A stretch of DNA of 64,000 bases from Harriotta raleighana (lineage: Eukaryota): contig JBNZDD010013690.1 of the NCBI GenBank assembly GCA_050575255.1, positions 4,774,504 to 4,838,503 on the forward strand, written 5' to 3'. Below, piece after piece: positions 27,079 to 39,432 of this stretch. Both the position numbers and the translations under genes were made by a program. Every line of letters begins with the position of its first letter. Position 1 is the first letter of the stretch. The notes below the pieces were generated by a model. That model did not search any database, was not told where the DNA came from, and was given only the letters and a program-made list of their open reading frames with translations.

Positions 27079-27274
27079 TGAAAGCACAGCCACCAATGGT
27101 GGAACGGATGGCATGAGTAACAAGCAGGAGGCCAGAGCCAGTTGAATGGAGACAGCAAGTTGGGGGTAAACAAGTTGGGAGGTCCCAGGGCATGAAGAGA
27201 TTGAAAACGAGTTTGAGGTCAACTAAAGTCTTGTAAAAAAAAAATTTGCATTACCTACCCTTTCTTGCATTCAA

Positions 27275-28060
27275 TAACAAAACAACAACAAAATTATGCT
27301 TATATAACGCCTTTCACGTTGGGAGAACGTCCCAAAGCGTTCAATAGTCAGGTTGGGACCCAAGCGGGGGGAAGGATCAGGGAAGGAGAGGGGGATGAGT
27401 TACAGGGGGAGCCAAAGGTGCGGTCGAAGAGGAAGGTCTTGAGACCGGCCTTGAAGGAGGAAAGGGAGGAAGTGACGTGGAGGTACTGCAGGATGACGTT
27501 CCATAGTGTGGGGGCAGAGAGGCTGAAAGCCCGGCCACCGATGGTTGGGCAGTTAGGGCAGTGGACACGGAGCAGGCCTGAGTCTGCTGAACAGAGGGTG
27601 TGGGCAGGCTGATAGGGACACAGCAGGTCAGAGAGATAGGCGGGGGCAAGGCCGTGAATGGCCTTGAAATTGAGAACGAGGATCTTGAATTCAATCCTCT
27701 GGGGATGGGGAGCCAGTGGAGACGGGCGAGGGTGGGAGTACTGTGGTTGCGAAGCTTGGTGTGGGAGAGTGCACGAGCTGCAGAATTCTGAATGATCTGC
27801 AGCCTGTGAAGGGAGGAGCTGGGAAGGCCGACGAGAGAGTTCCCGTAGTCGAGCCCAGAAGTGTTAAAGGCGTGAATGAGCGTTTTGGCGGCATGGGGGC
27901 TGAGGTAGTGGTGGAGCCTGGCAATATTGTGGAGGTGGTGGAAGGCTGTACTGGTCATGGAGCGAATGTGGGGGAGGAAGGCTAGCTCGGGGTCGAACAA
28001 GACGGCCAGATTCCTGATTAGCTTCGAGAGGTGGAGAGAGTAGACTCGAACGCTGATGTT
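27275..28060 (-). mobile_element. L2 LINE 3' fragment
   Basis: FDPELAFLPHI...LQIIQNSAAR...LHWLPI and L2 tail stem-loop with (TTG)n. Confidence 0.92.
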
Positions 28061-28083
28061 GTCAATGCTGTTAAACAGTATAT

Positions 28084-28409
28084 GGAGTCCTGTAGCTCAG
28101 TGGTTAGAGCACTCACCTTACAAACATGAGACCTATGTTTCTAATCAAGGCGGTTCAGGGTCAAACCTTGGGGAAATTTCTTTACTCAACATGCCAAATA
28201 ATAATCCGTCCAAAAATAACCTTTTATTAAAAAATTGGTCATTTCCATCCACGTTTGTGGGGACACAGCTGTGCGGAACTAGCTGCCGTGTTTCACCCAC
28301 AAATATACAGTCAATTTACTTTAGAGTATATTCTGTGAGATGCTTTGCGAAGTCTAGAAAATGTGAAACGCGCAATATCAAAATACAAAGATTATTATAT
28401 GATTATTAT
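28084..28409 (+). mobile_element. tRNA-derived Deu-type SINE, full length
   Basis: gtagctcagtggttagagcac A-box head, tttgtggggacacagctgtgcgg core, attatt tail. Confidence 0.88.
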
Positions 28410-28764
28410 AGATAATCTAGAATTGGCAGGGGATAAATTTACTCTGTAGAAGTTCTATACCTGAGTTTCATTGTTCTTTTCTGATGTGTTTTTCACAAAT
28501 TGGGCTTCAGAAAAAGGCTCCTCTTGAAAGTGCTACAACCATTATTGATGCCTTACCACTGGGAAATGCTTGGCAACATAAAGAGTGTGTCCATATGGAA
28601 ACTTCTGACTCACAACACTGTTCTGGTCCAAGATCTCAGAGCCAAACACTCTTGTCTTTATGTACATGGTTTCACTAAAGAAGTTAAATTTTAAATTGCT
28701 ACGCAATGGCAGATCATGTAACCATTTTAATTCCTGTTCAATTCAACGTAATATTTTGTTTTAG

Positions 28765-28979
28765 CTTTTCATACAGCAAGATGTGAAAAGCTGCAGAAGG
28801 AGAAAGAAGAATTGGAGAGGAGATTTGAGACTGAGGTTGAGAAGCTACAACTTCAACAGCAAGGGGAGATCCAATCCCTTGAAGAAAAACTCAAGGCACA
28901 TTATGCTGCGGAAAAAGAGCGTCTCATAAAGGAACAGAAGGAACAGTGTGAGAAAATGCGATTTCAGCATAATGAACAG
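28765..28979 (+). CDS. MTUS2: MTUS2 exon (AFHTARCEKLQKEKEELERRFETE...RFQHNEQ)
   Basis: ttttag acceptor, cag|gttaat donor, 215 bp, phase 1 to 0, coiled-coil sequence typical of MTUS2. Confidence 0.95.
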
Positions 28980-30114
28980 GTTAATTTCAATGATATCTTA
29001 TCATTCTTGAAAGATTTATTTGTTCCTATCTTATTTCAAATGTTGATGAAATCGTATTAATGCTTTCATCACTTCCTTTTCCAATGCACTCCTCAATAAT
29101 CTCCTCAGCTCCACCATTGTCATGGTCCAAATGATTCAAAACCTGTATCCTCACCTGCACTAGGCTCAGTGGCCCCAACACCCCAGCTCTTGCAGGTTCT
29201 GCTCGCTCCCAGTTACAGAATGAATCAATTTCAAAATCCTCATTCTTATTTTCAAATTTCTTCACATATTGGTACCTCCCTACTTCTCCAGTCTGCTCAC
29301 ACTCTGCTCTAATATCTACACCTTCGCTCGGCTGACTCAGGGACTTTTGCATTTCCACCATTCCCTCCACAATCTGTGTTTTCAGCTACTACGCTTCAAC
29401 TCCTTCCCTCAATCCCTTCATTTTGCTCCCCCAGTTTACCTTCAAATCACACATGAAAACTTTCCTGTTTGTGCCTCGACTCACCTTCCCATCATTTTCA
29501 ACCATACATGCTGAGACGTTAATTGCATAAAGGTTGCTATATAGATTCAAGTTTGTTGCAGTGTTTAAAGAGCAGTTTTTTCTGAAATACTATGCGGCAC
29601 TCTTGAGTTACAAAGCTACATTTGGTCTCCATCCCAGCTATTATGGATGTACAGTGTAACAAAATTCATAGTCTGGACTCAAATCCTAAATCTGTTCATA
29701 ACTGCATGAAATATTGCTTCTTTCATGACCAGTTGACTCATTCAGTTCCTCTTAATGTTCTACAAAACACAAAATACTGCAGATGCTGGGAACCTCTTAA
29801 TGTTCTGTTCTATGACTGCACACGTCTGCCTATTTTGGCCATGTTACAGCTTTTTACTTCTTTTGGTTCTATCATAAAAGATCAGAAGGTGCCAGATGTC
29901 CAGCAGATTCTGTGGTCATATCATGTGATAACCAAATAAAAACAGAGGAACAGGAGTAGACCGTCAGCACTTTGAGCCTAGTCCACGTTTTATTAGATCA
30001 TGGCTGATCTGTAACTTAGTCCACTTCCCTGCCCTTTCACCTTGTTCCCAGCAACAATACAGCAGGGATGAAATTCTGCTTATGTGTCATACAATTCTCA
30101 TTGTATGGGTAATA

Positions 30115-31208
30115 CAGTAAAACCTTGTTTATCCGGGACTCACAGGTCCTGGCCAGTGGAGGTTAAATGGATTTCTGGTTCAACAGGGTTTTTTTTAAAA
30201 AAAAATTAAATACAATTTTAAAAAATATATAAAAAATTATTTTAACACATGCCATATTAATAATAGACTAAATAATAACAGAATATTCTATTAGTACATT
30301 ATTATTTATACTTAATTTCGCAACGGCAGCACTGATTCGACGGAGGTAAAACAAAACGCGACTTTTAAAAGGAGCAGCAGTGAGTTTAGACCTGACTAGC
30401 AGCCAGCACACACACACACATAGACACACAGACAGACAGATAGACAGACATAGACATACACCCTCAAAGATATTCAGTCTGAATCCGTCATATAAATTCT
30501 GTCCACAACCCTCACCTGCCCCCTCGCCCTTTCCTCTCTCTCCCTCCCTCTCTCTCTGCCCTCTCTCTGCATCAACCTGCCTGCATCTCTCTCTCTCACT
30601 CCATTATGCTTTCCCCCATCTCTCTCTCCCTTTCCCCATCTCTCCATCCCCCCCCCGCCCTCTCTCTCCATTTCCTCCATCTCTCCTTCCCCCATCCCCC
30701 CGTTCCCTCCCTCCCTTTCTGGCCACTACCTGCAGCAGTATTTATTATGCATACAGTACTTAACTTCNTGCCCCCTCGCCCTTTCCTCTCTCTCCCTCCC
30801 TCTCTCTCTGCCCTCTCTCTGCATCAACCTGCCTGCATCTCTCTCTCTCACTCCATTATGCTTTCCCCCATCTCTCTCTCCCTTTCCCCATCCCCCCCCC
30901 GCCCTCTCTCTCCATTTCCTCCATCTCTCCTTCCCCCATCCCCCCGTTCCCTCCCTCCCTTTCTGGCCACTACCTGCAGCAGTATTTATTATGCATACAG
31001 TACTTAACTTCGCAACGGCAGCACTCATCCGAATGAGGTAAAAAAAAGGCGACTTTTAAAAGGAGCAAGAACGAGTTTAGACCCGACATTAAACGCATCA
31101 TCACTATTCACCGGATAACTTCTAGTTAATCAAATCGGGACTTTTTTTGAGATGACAGTTGAATGGGTTTTCCGATTATTCGTTTCACGGATAAACAAGG
31201 TTTTACTG
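30115..31208. mobile_element. Tc1/mariner (Tigger-like) MITE with internal CA/CT low-complexity tract
   Basis: TA|cagtaaaaccttgtttatccg ... cggataaacaaggttttactg|TA. About 250 bp of its length is a duplication across the N at 30768. Confidence 0.9.
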
Positions 31209-31463
31209 TACTTGAATATCCTTCTGAAAAGTACTGTAGAAGATGTTTCTTGCACATTTATCAAGGAGATACGTTTAATTGGACACATGAGATGTTTGCT
31301 TCAGTAAATTTGTGTTGACCTTGACAGAGAGCATGTCTCGTTCTCCATTTCCGCTCTGTAAATCTGTTGCATTTGTAAATATAGACGACCAAGGTCAGCA
31401 AATTTATAGACACAGGATTTCCAGTGTTCAGCATCAAGCACTCTAAAGGTCAGGCTAAGCACT

Positions 31464-31537
31464 CTTAGATGCTGAGCAATGCTGAGCACACTTAGATGCT
31501 GAGCAATGCTGAGCACACTTAGATGCTGAGCAATGCT
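31464..31537. repeat. 27-bp tandem repeat, ~2.7 copies
   Basis: cttagatgctgagcaatgctgagcaca at 31464 and 31491, partial at 31518. Confidence 0.95.
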
Positions 31538-31849
31538 CTCTCTGCCCCAGCATTGATGCCCCAGACTTTCAAACTGCATCAGCACAATATTTTCATTGTC
31601 TAGTGTGATTCCCAATTTAGTGCTAATATTGTGATAAACTGACAGTTTATGTTTGTATTTAAACAGCAACATCCCTAGCTATATGCTTTCAATTTCAGAT
31701 ATGTAATATGTTATGTGGGTAATATTACACTACTTGAACACTTTTTTTAAACATTGTACCCACCTTCAAGTTGCACCAAAGTTTAAAGCTTGAAAATGCA
31801 TTGAAGTTATAAAAGGTATTGGTGGTTGATAGACCTGTTTGTTATATAG

Positions 31850-31955
31850 GTGGAAGACTTGACAGTTGCTCACGCAAGTGTAATCACGGAGATGGAGAAC
31901 AATCATATAGTCACCATAGCAATTCTTCAAGACGAGCATGAAGAAAAATTAGCAG
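31850..31955 (+). CDS. MTUS2: MTUS2 exon (VEDLTVAHASVITEMENNHIVTIAILQDEHEEKLA)
   Basis: tatag acceptor, g|gtatct donor, 106 bp. VEDLT and EMENNH motifs of MTUS2. Not in the ORF track. Confidence 0.93.
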
Positions 31956-32484
31956 GTATCTACATAACATGATCAAAGTTTCAACATGATCTGCTGCTTA
32001 ATTTGATTGAATGTATTATTTGACCACAATGTATTCAGGGCAAAGTGGTACCTTGAGAGTAAGAGATGTGGAGGCACGAATAAGTGAATTTATCTGTAGA
32101 AAAGGGATACGGTTTCAGCAAAATTGTGCATTATGTCTTATTCTGATATTTTTCAGTAATGCATGAATCTACAGGATAATTGTGAACCAATTCTAGATTA
32201 AAAAGGAGCATAGTTATTGTGGCAATTTAGAAATGTTCTTATGTGTTCCTTTCTTAAAAAACAAAAGATCAGCAGACTTTTAAAATCCCATTTTGATTAT
32301 TTTTGTTTGCAGGATGTAAGCAAATTTGTTTCTTTAGGAATATATTAATTGAACTATTATGGTTGGAAAACGCTCACTCAACCTGAAAGATTATTGATAC
32401 ATTTGCCTCGTAGGGATGAGACTGTAAAATGACACATGGTTTGAGTTTATCTGTTCGTGCCAATATGATCTTATGATTTATATA

Positions 32485-32793
32485 AATAATAATAATCCTT
32501 GCATTTAATATAATGCCTTATCACATCTTCGAGACGTCTCAAAATGCTTCACAGATATACTGTAAAGTGTATTCTGTATATTTGTAGATGAAAAGCAGCA
32601 GCCAATTGCGCACATCAGTATCCCACCAACAGTCATGGTTTGAAGTAACCATATTATTATTTTATTTTTTCATGAAGGATTATTATCAGGAGTGGGAGTT
32701 AGGAAACTTGTTCAAGGTTTCGCCCTGCCGGGAGTCAAACCCAGGTCTCTCGCTTGCGAGGCGAGTGCTCCAACAACTGAGCTACCGAACTCC
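32485..32793 (-). mobile_element. tRNA-derived Deu-type SINE, full length
   Basis: Minus-strand ggagttcggtagctcagttgttggagcactcgcc head, gggtttgactccc B box, tgcgcaattggctgc core and (ATT)n tail. Confidence 0.9.
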
Positions 32794-33392
32794 CCAATGA
32801 TTCGCACCAGTGGGAAGTAAACATATTCCACAATGGGCTTGAAAGGAACAACCTTGGGGGTATCTGAGAGTGGTACCTCTCAAAAGTAAGCAGGCAGGCA
32901 TTGTACAGTATACGATAAAACTATACAAATATACAAAATTGGAACTTTTCTATCAAAATACCCATCCATCAATTAATTATAGCTGAACTGTCTCTCACTT
33001 CATTCCACCCCTTGTTTTAAGATTTTAGACTATGTTAGACATATTAACGGGGATCTAACATTCATGTTTCTGATGTAATTCCTAATAAGAAATACCACTT
33101 GTTTGCCTCTAAAATTTAGGTTTAATTTATCTATGTTCTTTAAAATCATCAATACTTAATTCTCCCTGAAATTTTTCTATAAATATTTCTAGCTTCAAGA
33201 GCCTGTGCTGGAAACTTATGATGGGTTAAAGATAAAGCAAATTGATCAAATCTCATAAGATTTAGCATGAAGAAACATGACTGATGTTTTTGTGTCTCAT
33301 CCTGTTCTCTTCCCAACACTGTGGCTTTGTTACTCTCTGAAATTGTAATATTTGATTTTTGTCTTTACCTGCTGCATTTAAATTCCTTTCAG

Positions 33393-33466
33393 AGCTGACA
33401 GAAATCCATGAACTTGAGAGAAAGGCATTAGAAGAAGATTTTGAGAAATTAAGACTTACTTTGCAG
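33393..33466 (+). CDS. MTUS2: MTUS2 exon (ELTEIHELERKALEEDFEKLRLTLQ)
   Basis: tttcag acceptor, cag|gttagt donor, 74 bp, phase-consistent. Confidence 0.93.
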
Positions 33467-33897
33467 GTTAGTAGTGCTAGCCTGATAACACTGTGGTTTT
33501 AGGTAACATCCATTTGAAAGTGGGCCTTGATTAAAAATGCTTGAAATTGTTTCCACTTCTTTACAGAGGCACTATGGCAGCAATGTAATGTGTATTGAAA
33601 CACATCATTTTGTCATTTGTATGTTATATTGTGACAAAAATGATGGACATTTATAATATTCGCCCTCCTGAAAATGGTGGTTTATCAAACATTTATTCAT
33701 CAAGACAGTAGCATTTTAAAAGCACTCCAGAGTGAAGCGATGAAGAAAAGTGCTGCCATGCTGTAGTAGTAGTAGTCAAATCCAAGTCATTGCCACAAAC
33801 AGAAGTCACATAATGGTCACAAATCCAGCCTCTACACTACCAACAGGAGGAGGTGCTACGAGGGAACTAAGCATCCAGCAACAGAAACAATGGCTAA

Positions 33898-34040
33898 ACA
33901 AAACACAAAATACTACAGATGCTGGGAATTGAAACAAAAACAGAAGCTGCTGGGGAAACTCAGCAGGTCAGGTAGCATCCATGGAGAAAGGAAAGTGAGT
34001 CAACATTTTGGGTCCTTCGTCAGAACTGGGGCATGTTTGG
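33898..34040 (-). mobile_element. Penelope-like element terminal remnant with decayed hammerhead core
   Basis: aaaacacaaaatactacagatgctggg...aactcagcaggtcaggtagcatcc resembles the common chondrichthyan Penelope terminus (recalled). Minus strand reads CTGACGA..CAAAATGTTGAC. Confidence 0.65.
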
Positions 34041-34187
34041 AGGGAGAGGTTTTTAAGGACGTTAGGGGGTGGAGCGGGGGAAGGCATGACATGGAAGACA
34101 AAGGAGACAAAGGAAAAATAGTGTGTAAACTGATGGAATCAATGGCTATCTCTTGTCACATTCATAACACAAAAAGATTTCACAATG

Positions 34188-34600
34188 ACAACAACAAAAT
34201 GACACTTGTATAGCACCTTTGCTGAGTGGAGTGGGTGGGCAGGTTGGTAATGGGTCAGGAGGTCGCAGAGGTAGGATAGGATGAGGCCATGCTGGGCTTT
34301 GAAAGTAAGGACCAGGATCTTGAATTGGATCCTCTGTGTGATGGGGAGCCAATGGAGTCAGGTGAGGATGGGGAGCTGGGGTCAGAGAGCTTGGAGCAGT
34401 AGAAGACACTGGCTGCAGAGCTCTGGATTATCTGCAGCCTATGGAGGGAGGAATTGGGAAGGCTGACAAGCAGGGCATTGACATAGTTGAGCCTGGATGT
34501 AATGATGGCATGATTGAGGGTTTCAGCGTCCTGAGGGGTAAGGTAGTGGCAGAGTTGGACAATATTGTGTAGGTGGGGGAAGATGTGGAGGAGGAAAGAC
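34188..34600 (-). mobile_element. L2 LINE 3' fragment
   Basis: HYLTPQDAETLNHAIITSRLNYVNALLVSLP and caacaacaaaat tail. Confidence 0.88.
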
Positions 34601-35329
34601 CGTTGACAATGAGTGTAGAAGAGGGAAAAATAAACAACAAAAGAGAAATCATTTTTACCATGATCAACTCTCCGTAAACCAATCAGCGAGAAGGTGTTTA
34701 TCCCTAACATCACGGTTAGTGAATCAGCTGGTCCTTACAATGCATGTGTCATTGTTTTGACCACTACATTAATATCATTGGCTCGGTCCAAAGCTGCATC
34801 TTCCCGTATCCAAATTACAGTCAAACCTGCTCAAGAACCACCCTTGTATGAAAGCTACTTTGTTCCAGTCCGGTGAGTGGCTGTTGAACAAATATTTGAT
34901 TGTACTTATTTATCCAAAGGTTTCTTCTATAGTTTAATCCAGTCTCAAAAGAGAACCTGTAGGACAGTTTTCATTTCCTGAATCAATGTCAATCAGTTGT
35001 CACAGGATAAAGTCGAGATTGAATTGAATGAATTGAATTTCATCTCATCCTTCCACAATACCCTGCACATATTGTCTTTCCATCAAAGTATCAAACGTTT
35101 ATTAAAAAGTGAGTTCCAGGCCTAATTACCATTCCTGTATTCCATTTGATATGCAAATCCACTAATCAGTGCGAGGTTCGTTGGTCTGCAGACAGCTAAC
35201 TAAGGCAACTAATTTGGTTGACCAAACTAAAAAGTAGTATTATTTGCAGTTAAACTTTTACCGTGGAACTCACGTTCCAGCAATCATCAAAAGAAATGGT
35301 AAAAAGATGACAATTTGCTATCAAGAGTA

Positions 35330-35696
35330 CAGTAAAAGCCCGTTTATACGGCACCCTCCGGGGGTCGACTAATTGGATAATCCGGCGGCAATTTGCCGAA
35401 AACCCAACACAAAAACTTAACTTATTTTAAAACATACTATGTTAATAATAGACTAAATAGTAACAGAATATTATATGGTTACTTACCAATAAAATATTCC
35501 AGCACAGTTGGGAAAAAGATGATCGGTTACCGATCGGTGAAAACCCAAGTTCATAAATTTAATAAGTGCATATTATGCCCACGTATTGCATGCATGAGCA
35601 AAGTGAATATACCCGCGATTGCTGGAATGGGGAATTGCCCCGGGTGGGGGTCGAGCAATCCAGTTGGTCGGGTCACAGATAAACGGGCATTTACTG
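35330..35696. mobile_element. Tc1/mariner MITE, related subfamily
   Basis: TA|cagtaaaagcccgtttat ... ataaacgggcatttactg|TA. Shares the internal taataatagactaaata.taacagaatatt motif with the other MITEs. Confidence 0.85.
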
Positions 35697-36356
35697 TATA
35701 TAATGCCCCATTCAGCATGTTTTTCTTCCAGTTACTACTTGTTGTAACAGACTATTGCTTCATTTTGTTTCTAAAACATCTGAAATATCACTTCATAAGG
35801 AAAAGGTGAATCTCCTGACTCTGAAGTCAGTATGTTGATGAATGCTTCCCACTGCATCTTATGATATTCATTGCCATGTGTTCTACCCACGGGGAGCTAA
35901 CTGCTCAGTAGGTCTGTACAGGCCAATAATAACAAAATTATATTTGTATAGTGTCTTTCACGTTGGGAGGATGTCCCAAGGTGTTGGAAAGTAAAACATT
36001 ATCACATTTAAATTCTATACACATACAAATCAGGCATCCAGCAGCAGAATTTGTTGCTTAATAACAACTTGCTTATATATCTCAGCTGTTGCAGCAGGTT
36101 TGTAATTTAAAGACACAGTTCATTATTGCCCATTAATGGTAGGTACATAAGAATTTGTCTTCCACCATACAGGTAATCACATGCACACATGTCCCAATCT
36201 ATATACTAACAGAAATTTATCTAATTTGTTTTTGAAAGAATCAATGCATGGAGGCTATAGATTTGCTAAGAAAATTCTATCTTGGTTTAAAGGGGAAGAC
36301 GATCCCTGAATTCCTGCTAAAATTGTTGTTTTCAATGTTTCAATGTTGTGTTCAAG

Positions 36357-36455
36357 GATCAAGTTGACACGTTAACGTTCCAGAGCCATTCCCTGAAAGA
36401 TAAAGCTAAACGGTTTGAAGAGGCCTTACTTAGAAGTACAGATGAGCAAGTTGAG
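36357..36455 (+). CDS. MTUS2: MTUS2 exon ([33 protein letters not shown])
   Basis: ttcaag acceptor, gag|gtaggc donor, 99 bp. [10 protein letters not shown] motif. Confidence 0.94.
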
Positions 36456-38401
36456 GTAGGCAGTGTTTCATTGTCTTAACTGTAATCTACTTAAGTAGCA
36501 CTGTTGTGACTGGCAGCTTGACATTGCATACTAAGTAGCAATTAATGTATGTGTATATTATGTGTAGACAACAATAAAATTACATTTATAGGGAGCCTTT
36601 CACGTTGGGAGAACCTCCCAGGGCACTGAATATCGCCAGAGACAAGCTTGTGTATATGTGCAGAGGTAACAACACTGAGTCAGTCCTGGAGCGTTACAGC
36701 GTTCCTTCCAAATACATGCTGCATTTTCCGACATGGTAATATTGCACCACCCATTGCCAAGACAGGAACTCTGCTTTTCACAAGAACTTACATGTGTAAA
36801 TTGAAAAAACAGCAAGGCAAACCATGTCTTGTAGTCTGCAGTTTCACATATTAATTGGATTTTGGGGTGTAGGGTTCAGAATATGTACTGTGTATAAATT
36901 TTGTGATTGATGTTTTGTTTATGCAGTAACCCATTGCTACAATCAAAATAAAACAAAGTACCCACTGGAAGCAGCAGATAAGCCATTTATTCTAGGCCCA
37001 TATAAATGAATAAATGGCTTAGAATAAATGGATTATATGCTGCTTCCAGTGGGTACTTTAGCATTGCTGCCTATAGGATTGCTCCCTGCAATTAAAGAAA
37101 ATATACTCACCAGACAGCACTGCATCCCATGGGAACATTTGTGTCCTCAGTTTATGTTGCACCGGGTATTTTACCAAAGAGACAAGTCTCAGAGTGCTGC
37201 ATGGCTACTTTTATTTAGGAAAATAGAAGCAAGAGTAGGCCCATTTTATGTAATGCCACTTTATAAGATCAGGGTGGATCTCTGCAATCAAACTCTGCCT
37301 TTCTTCCATCCCTTAATACTCTTATTTCCCATTTTAACTGGACATGAAGTATCCTGCAAAACTAAACATTATGTCTGGTTGTGGAAATTCTGACAATGTA
37401 AAGTGAAGATTGTGTCTGACGGATTGTGTTCTTTTTTTTTTTAAATCCCCAAATGTGGAGAATGGAGATGCAGCAAATGCTTTATTGGACTTTATAAATG
37501 GGTTCAATGAGCGTTTGTGGCCAGAACTAAGAAATTGTAACAGAGGAGGGGATAGAGGAATGGATTGAAGGACTGATGTTAGTATGGGAATTAAGGGACG
37601 TTTTTCTACTTTGGTGGAGAGAAGTTAGTGGTGTCTTTTGGAGATTGGTGCTAGGGCTTCTCTTGATATGAGAAGAGGCTAGAGATATTGGGTTTGATCT
37701 TTGGTGTTTCAGGTAATGAAAAGTTCTGAGACAATTAATCATGGAAAAAAATTCTACTGTTTGATGACTTGAGGACATTCAGAATTGTAACCAGGAAAGG
37801 TTCATAAAAACTTTCTCTCCCAGAGGATTATCAAGGTATAAAATCAATCAATCAATCAAAATTACATTTATATAGCGCCTTTCATGTTGGGAGGACATCC
37901 CAAGGTGCTGAACAGTCAGGTAGGGACCAGAGCAGGAGGGGAGGGGTAGGGGGAAAGAGAGTAGGAAAATTGACTGTATAGAATGATATATCTGTGGGTG
38001 TTAGAGAAAAGTTAACTGGAGCATTTAAAGAAGAATTAGCAAGCGCTTGCAAAGGAAGGGTATTAAACAGTATTGGCAAAGAACAAGAAATTGGGATTAG
38101 GATAAATGGCTTCTCGAAGACACCACATTATGAGGTTTCACAGAACTCGCAATTCATGGGGGGTATATGTGTATGCATCTGGAGGTCCACCTAAATGTGT
38201 ACACTTCATTGGTTTGGCTAAATTCCAAACTAGATGTAGTGTGGATGCATTTCACTCCTAATATACAGGGCATACCCAGCTGGCACTGAGCAACACAATA
38301 GAGCAACACAGCGTAGGTACATTCTCTGTAAAATGTCAAATTTTGCTGTAACCTAGTTTGAGTTTTGAAAGTCTTTAATTTTGTGGGTTTTGAATTTATA
38401 G

Positions 38402-38521
38402 ATTGCCTTGGCACCATATCAGCACATAGAAGAAGACATGAACAGCTTAAAACATGTTCTTGAAATGAAAAATCAACAAATCCATCACCAGGAAAAACAG
38501 ATCATGGAACTGGAAAAACTG
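38402..38521 (+). CDS. MTUS2: MTUS2 exon ([40 protein letters not shown])
   Basis: tatag acceptor, ctg|gtcagg donor, 120 bp. Confidence 0.95.
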
Positions 38522-39152
38522 GTCAGGAAATCAACTTGTAAAAACATTATTAAACATTCAGCAGGAGAGTTGGTAAAGTTTGCCAAATGTTCACACTTCA
38601 GATTTCATGGAAAATATTCATTCCTATCTTTGTCTGTACTCGCTTACAAATCTGGAGCAGGAACATGATAAACTTTGGTTGGCCACAAGAGGTAGCACAA
38701 CAACAATTTACATTTGCATACCGCCTATCAGGTCAGGAAATTGTCCCAAAGTGCTGGACAACAACAACAAAATTACATTTGTTTAGCACCTTTCATGTTG
38801 GGAGGACATCCCAGTCAAGGATGGGCAGTTAAAGCTGTGCACCCGAGCTGGGAGTTGCGATCTGGAAGGGTGGAGTGGAGGGAGGCTAGGGAAAGGAGGG
38901 TGACTGCTGAAGTTGTGGTCAAAGAATAAGGTCTTAAGTCAGGTCTTGAAGTAGATCAGGAAGGGACAAGCAAATGTATTCCATTACATTATAGCATAAT
39001 CACAATATAATCAAGTACCAAATGTTCAGTAGTTTGAGCAATGGACTTGAAATTCACTTTTGCAATGCTTTCACTGAGAATTTATAAGAAATCCATGTGG
39101 TTTATTGTTCCTACTTTGTTGAAACCAAGTATGTTTTCTGGTACTTCTGCAG

Positions 39153-39250
39153 GCTGAGAAAAATGTTGTGTTGGAAGAAAAAGTTCAAGTTCTTCAACAG
39201 CAAAATGAAGACCTGAAAGCCAGGATTGACCAGAATGTTGCTGTAGCAAG
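39153..39250 (+). CDS. MTUS2: MTUS2 exon ([33 protein letters not shown])
   Basis: ctgcag acceptor, ag|gtaatc donor, 98 bp. Confidence 0.95.
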
Positions 39251-39432
39251 GTAATCAGTCCTCTCCAATGACTACTGTAACAAGCAATAAAACCAGATAA
39301 AGTTATTAGACAATTGTGGGGGTAATTGTGTAGTTACTTAAACATTTGTTGTTGTTTAAGAAATTATTCATGTATGAGACAGCAATATTTTGTATGAATC
39401 CTGTACTTTGTTTAATCTAAAACCAGTTTAGA

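Noticed and set aside
28084-28160. tRNA gene-like A/B boxes (also ~22760-22822, 32725-32793, 60845-60907)
   Set aside because: These are SINE heads continuing into the Deu body and tail, without an intact cloverleaf.
30517-31010. ~250-bp tandem duplication inside a MITE
   Set aside because: The near-identical copies meet exactly at a single N (30768), the signature of an unmerged contig overlap.
31301-31672. 123-aa ORF with SIAQHLSVL repeats, or a CRISPR-like array
   Set aside because: Translation of a 27-bp minisatellite; no spacers, no cas genes, eukaryotic context.
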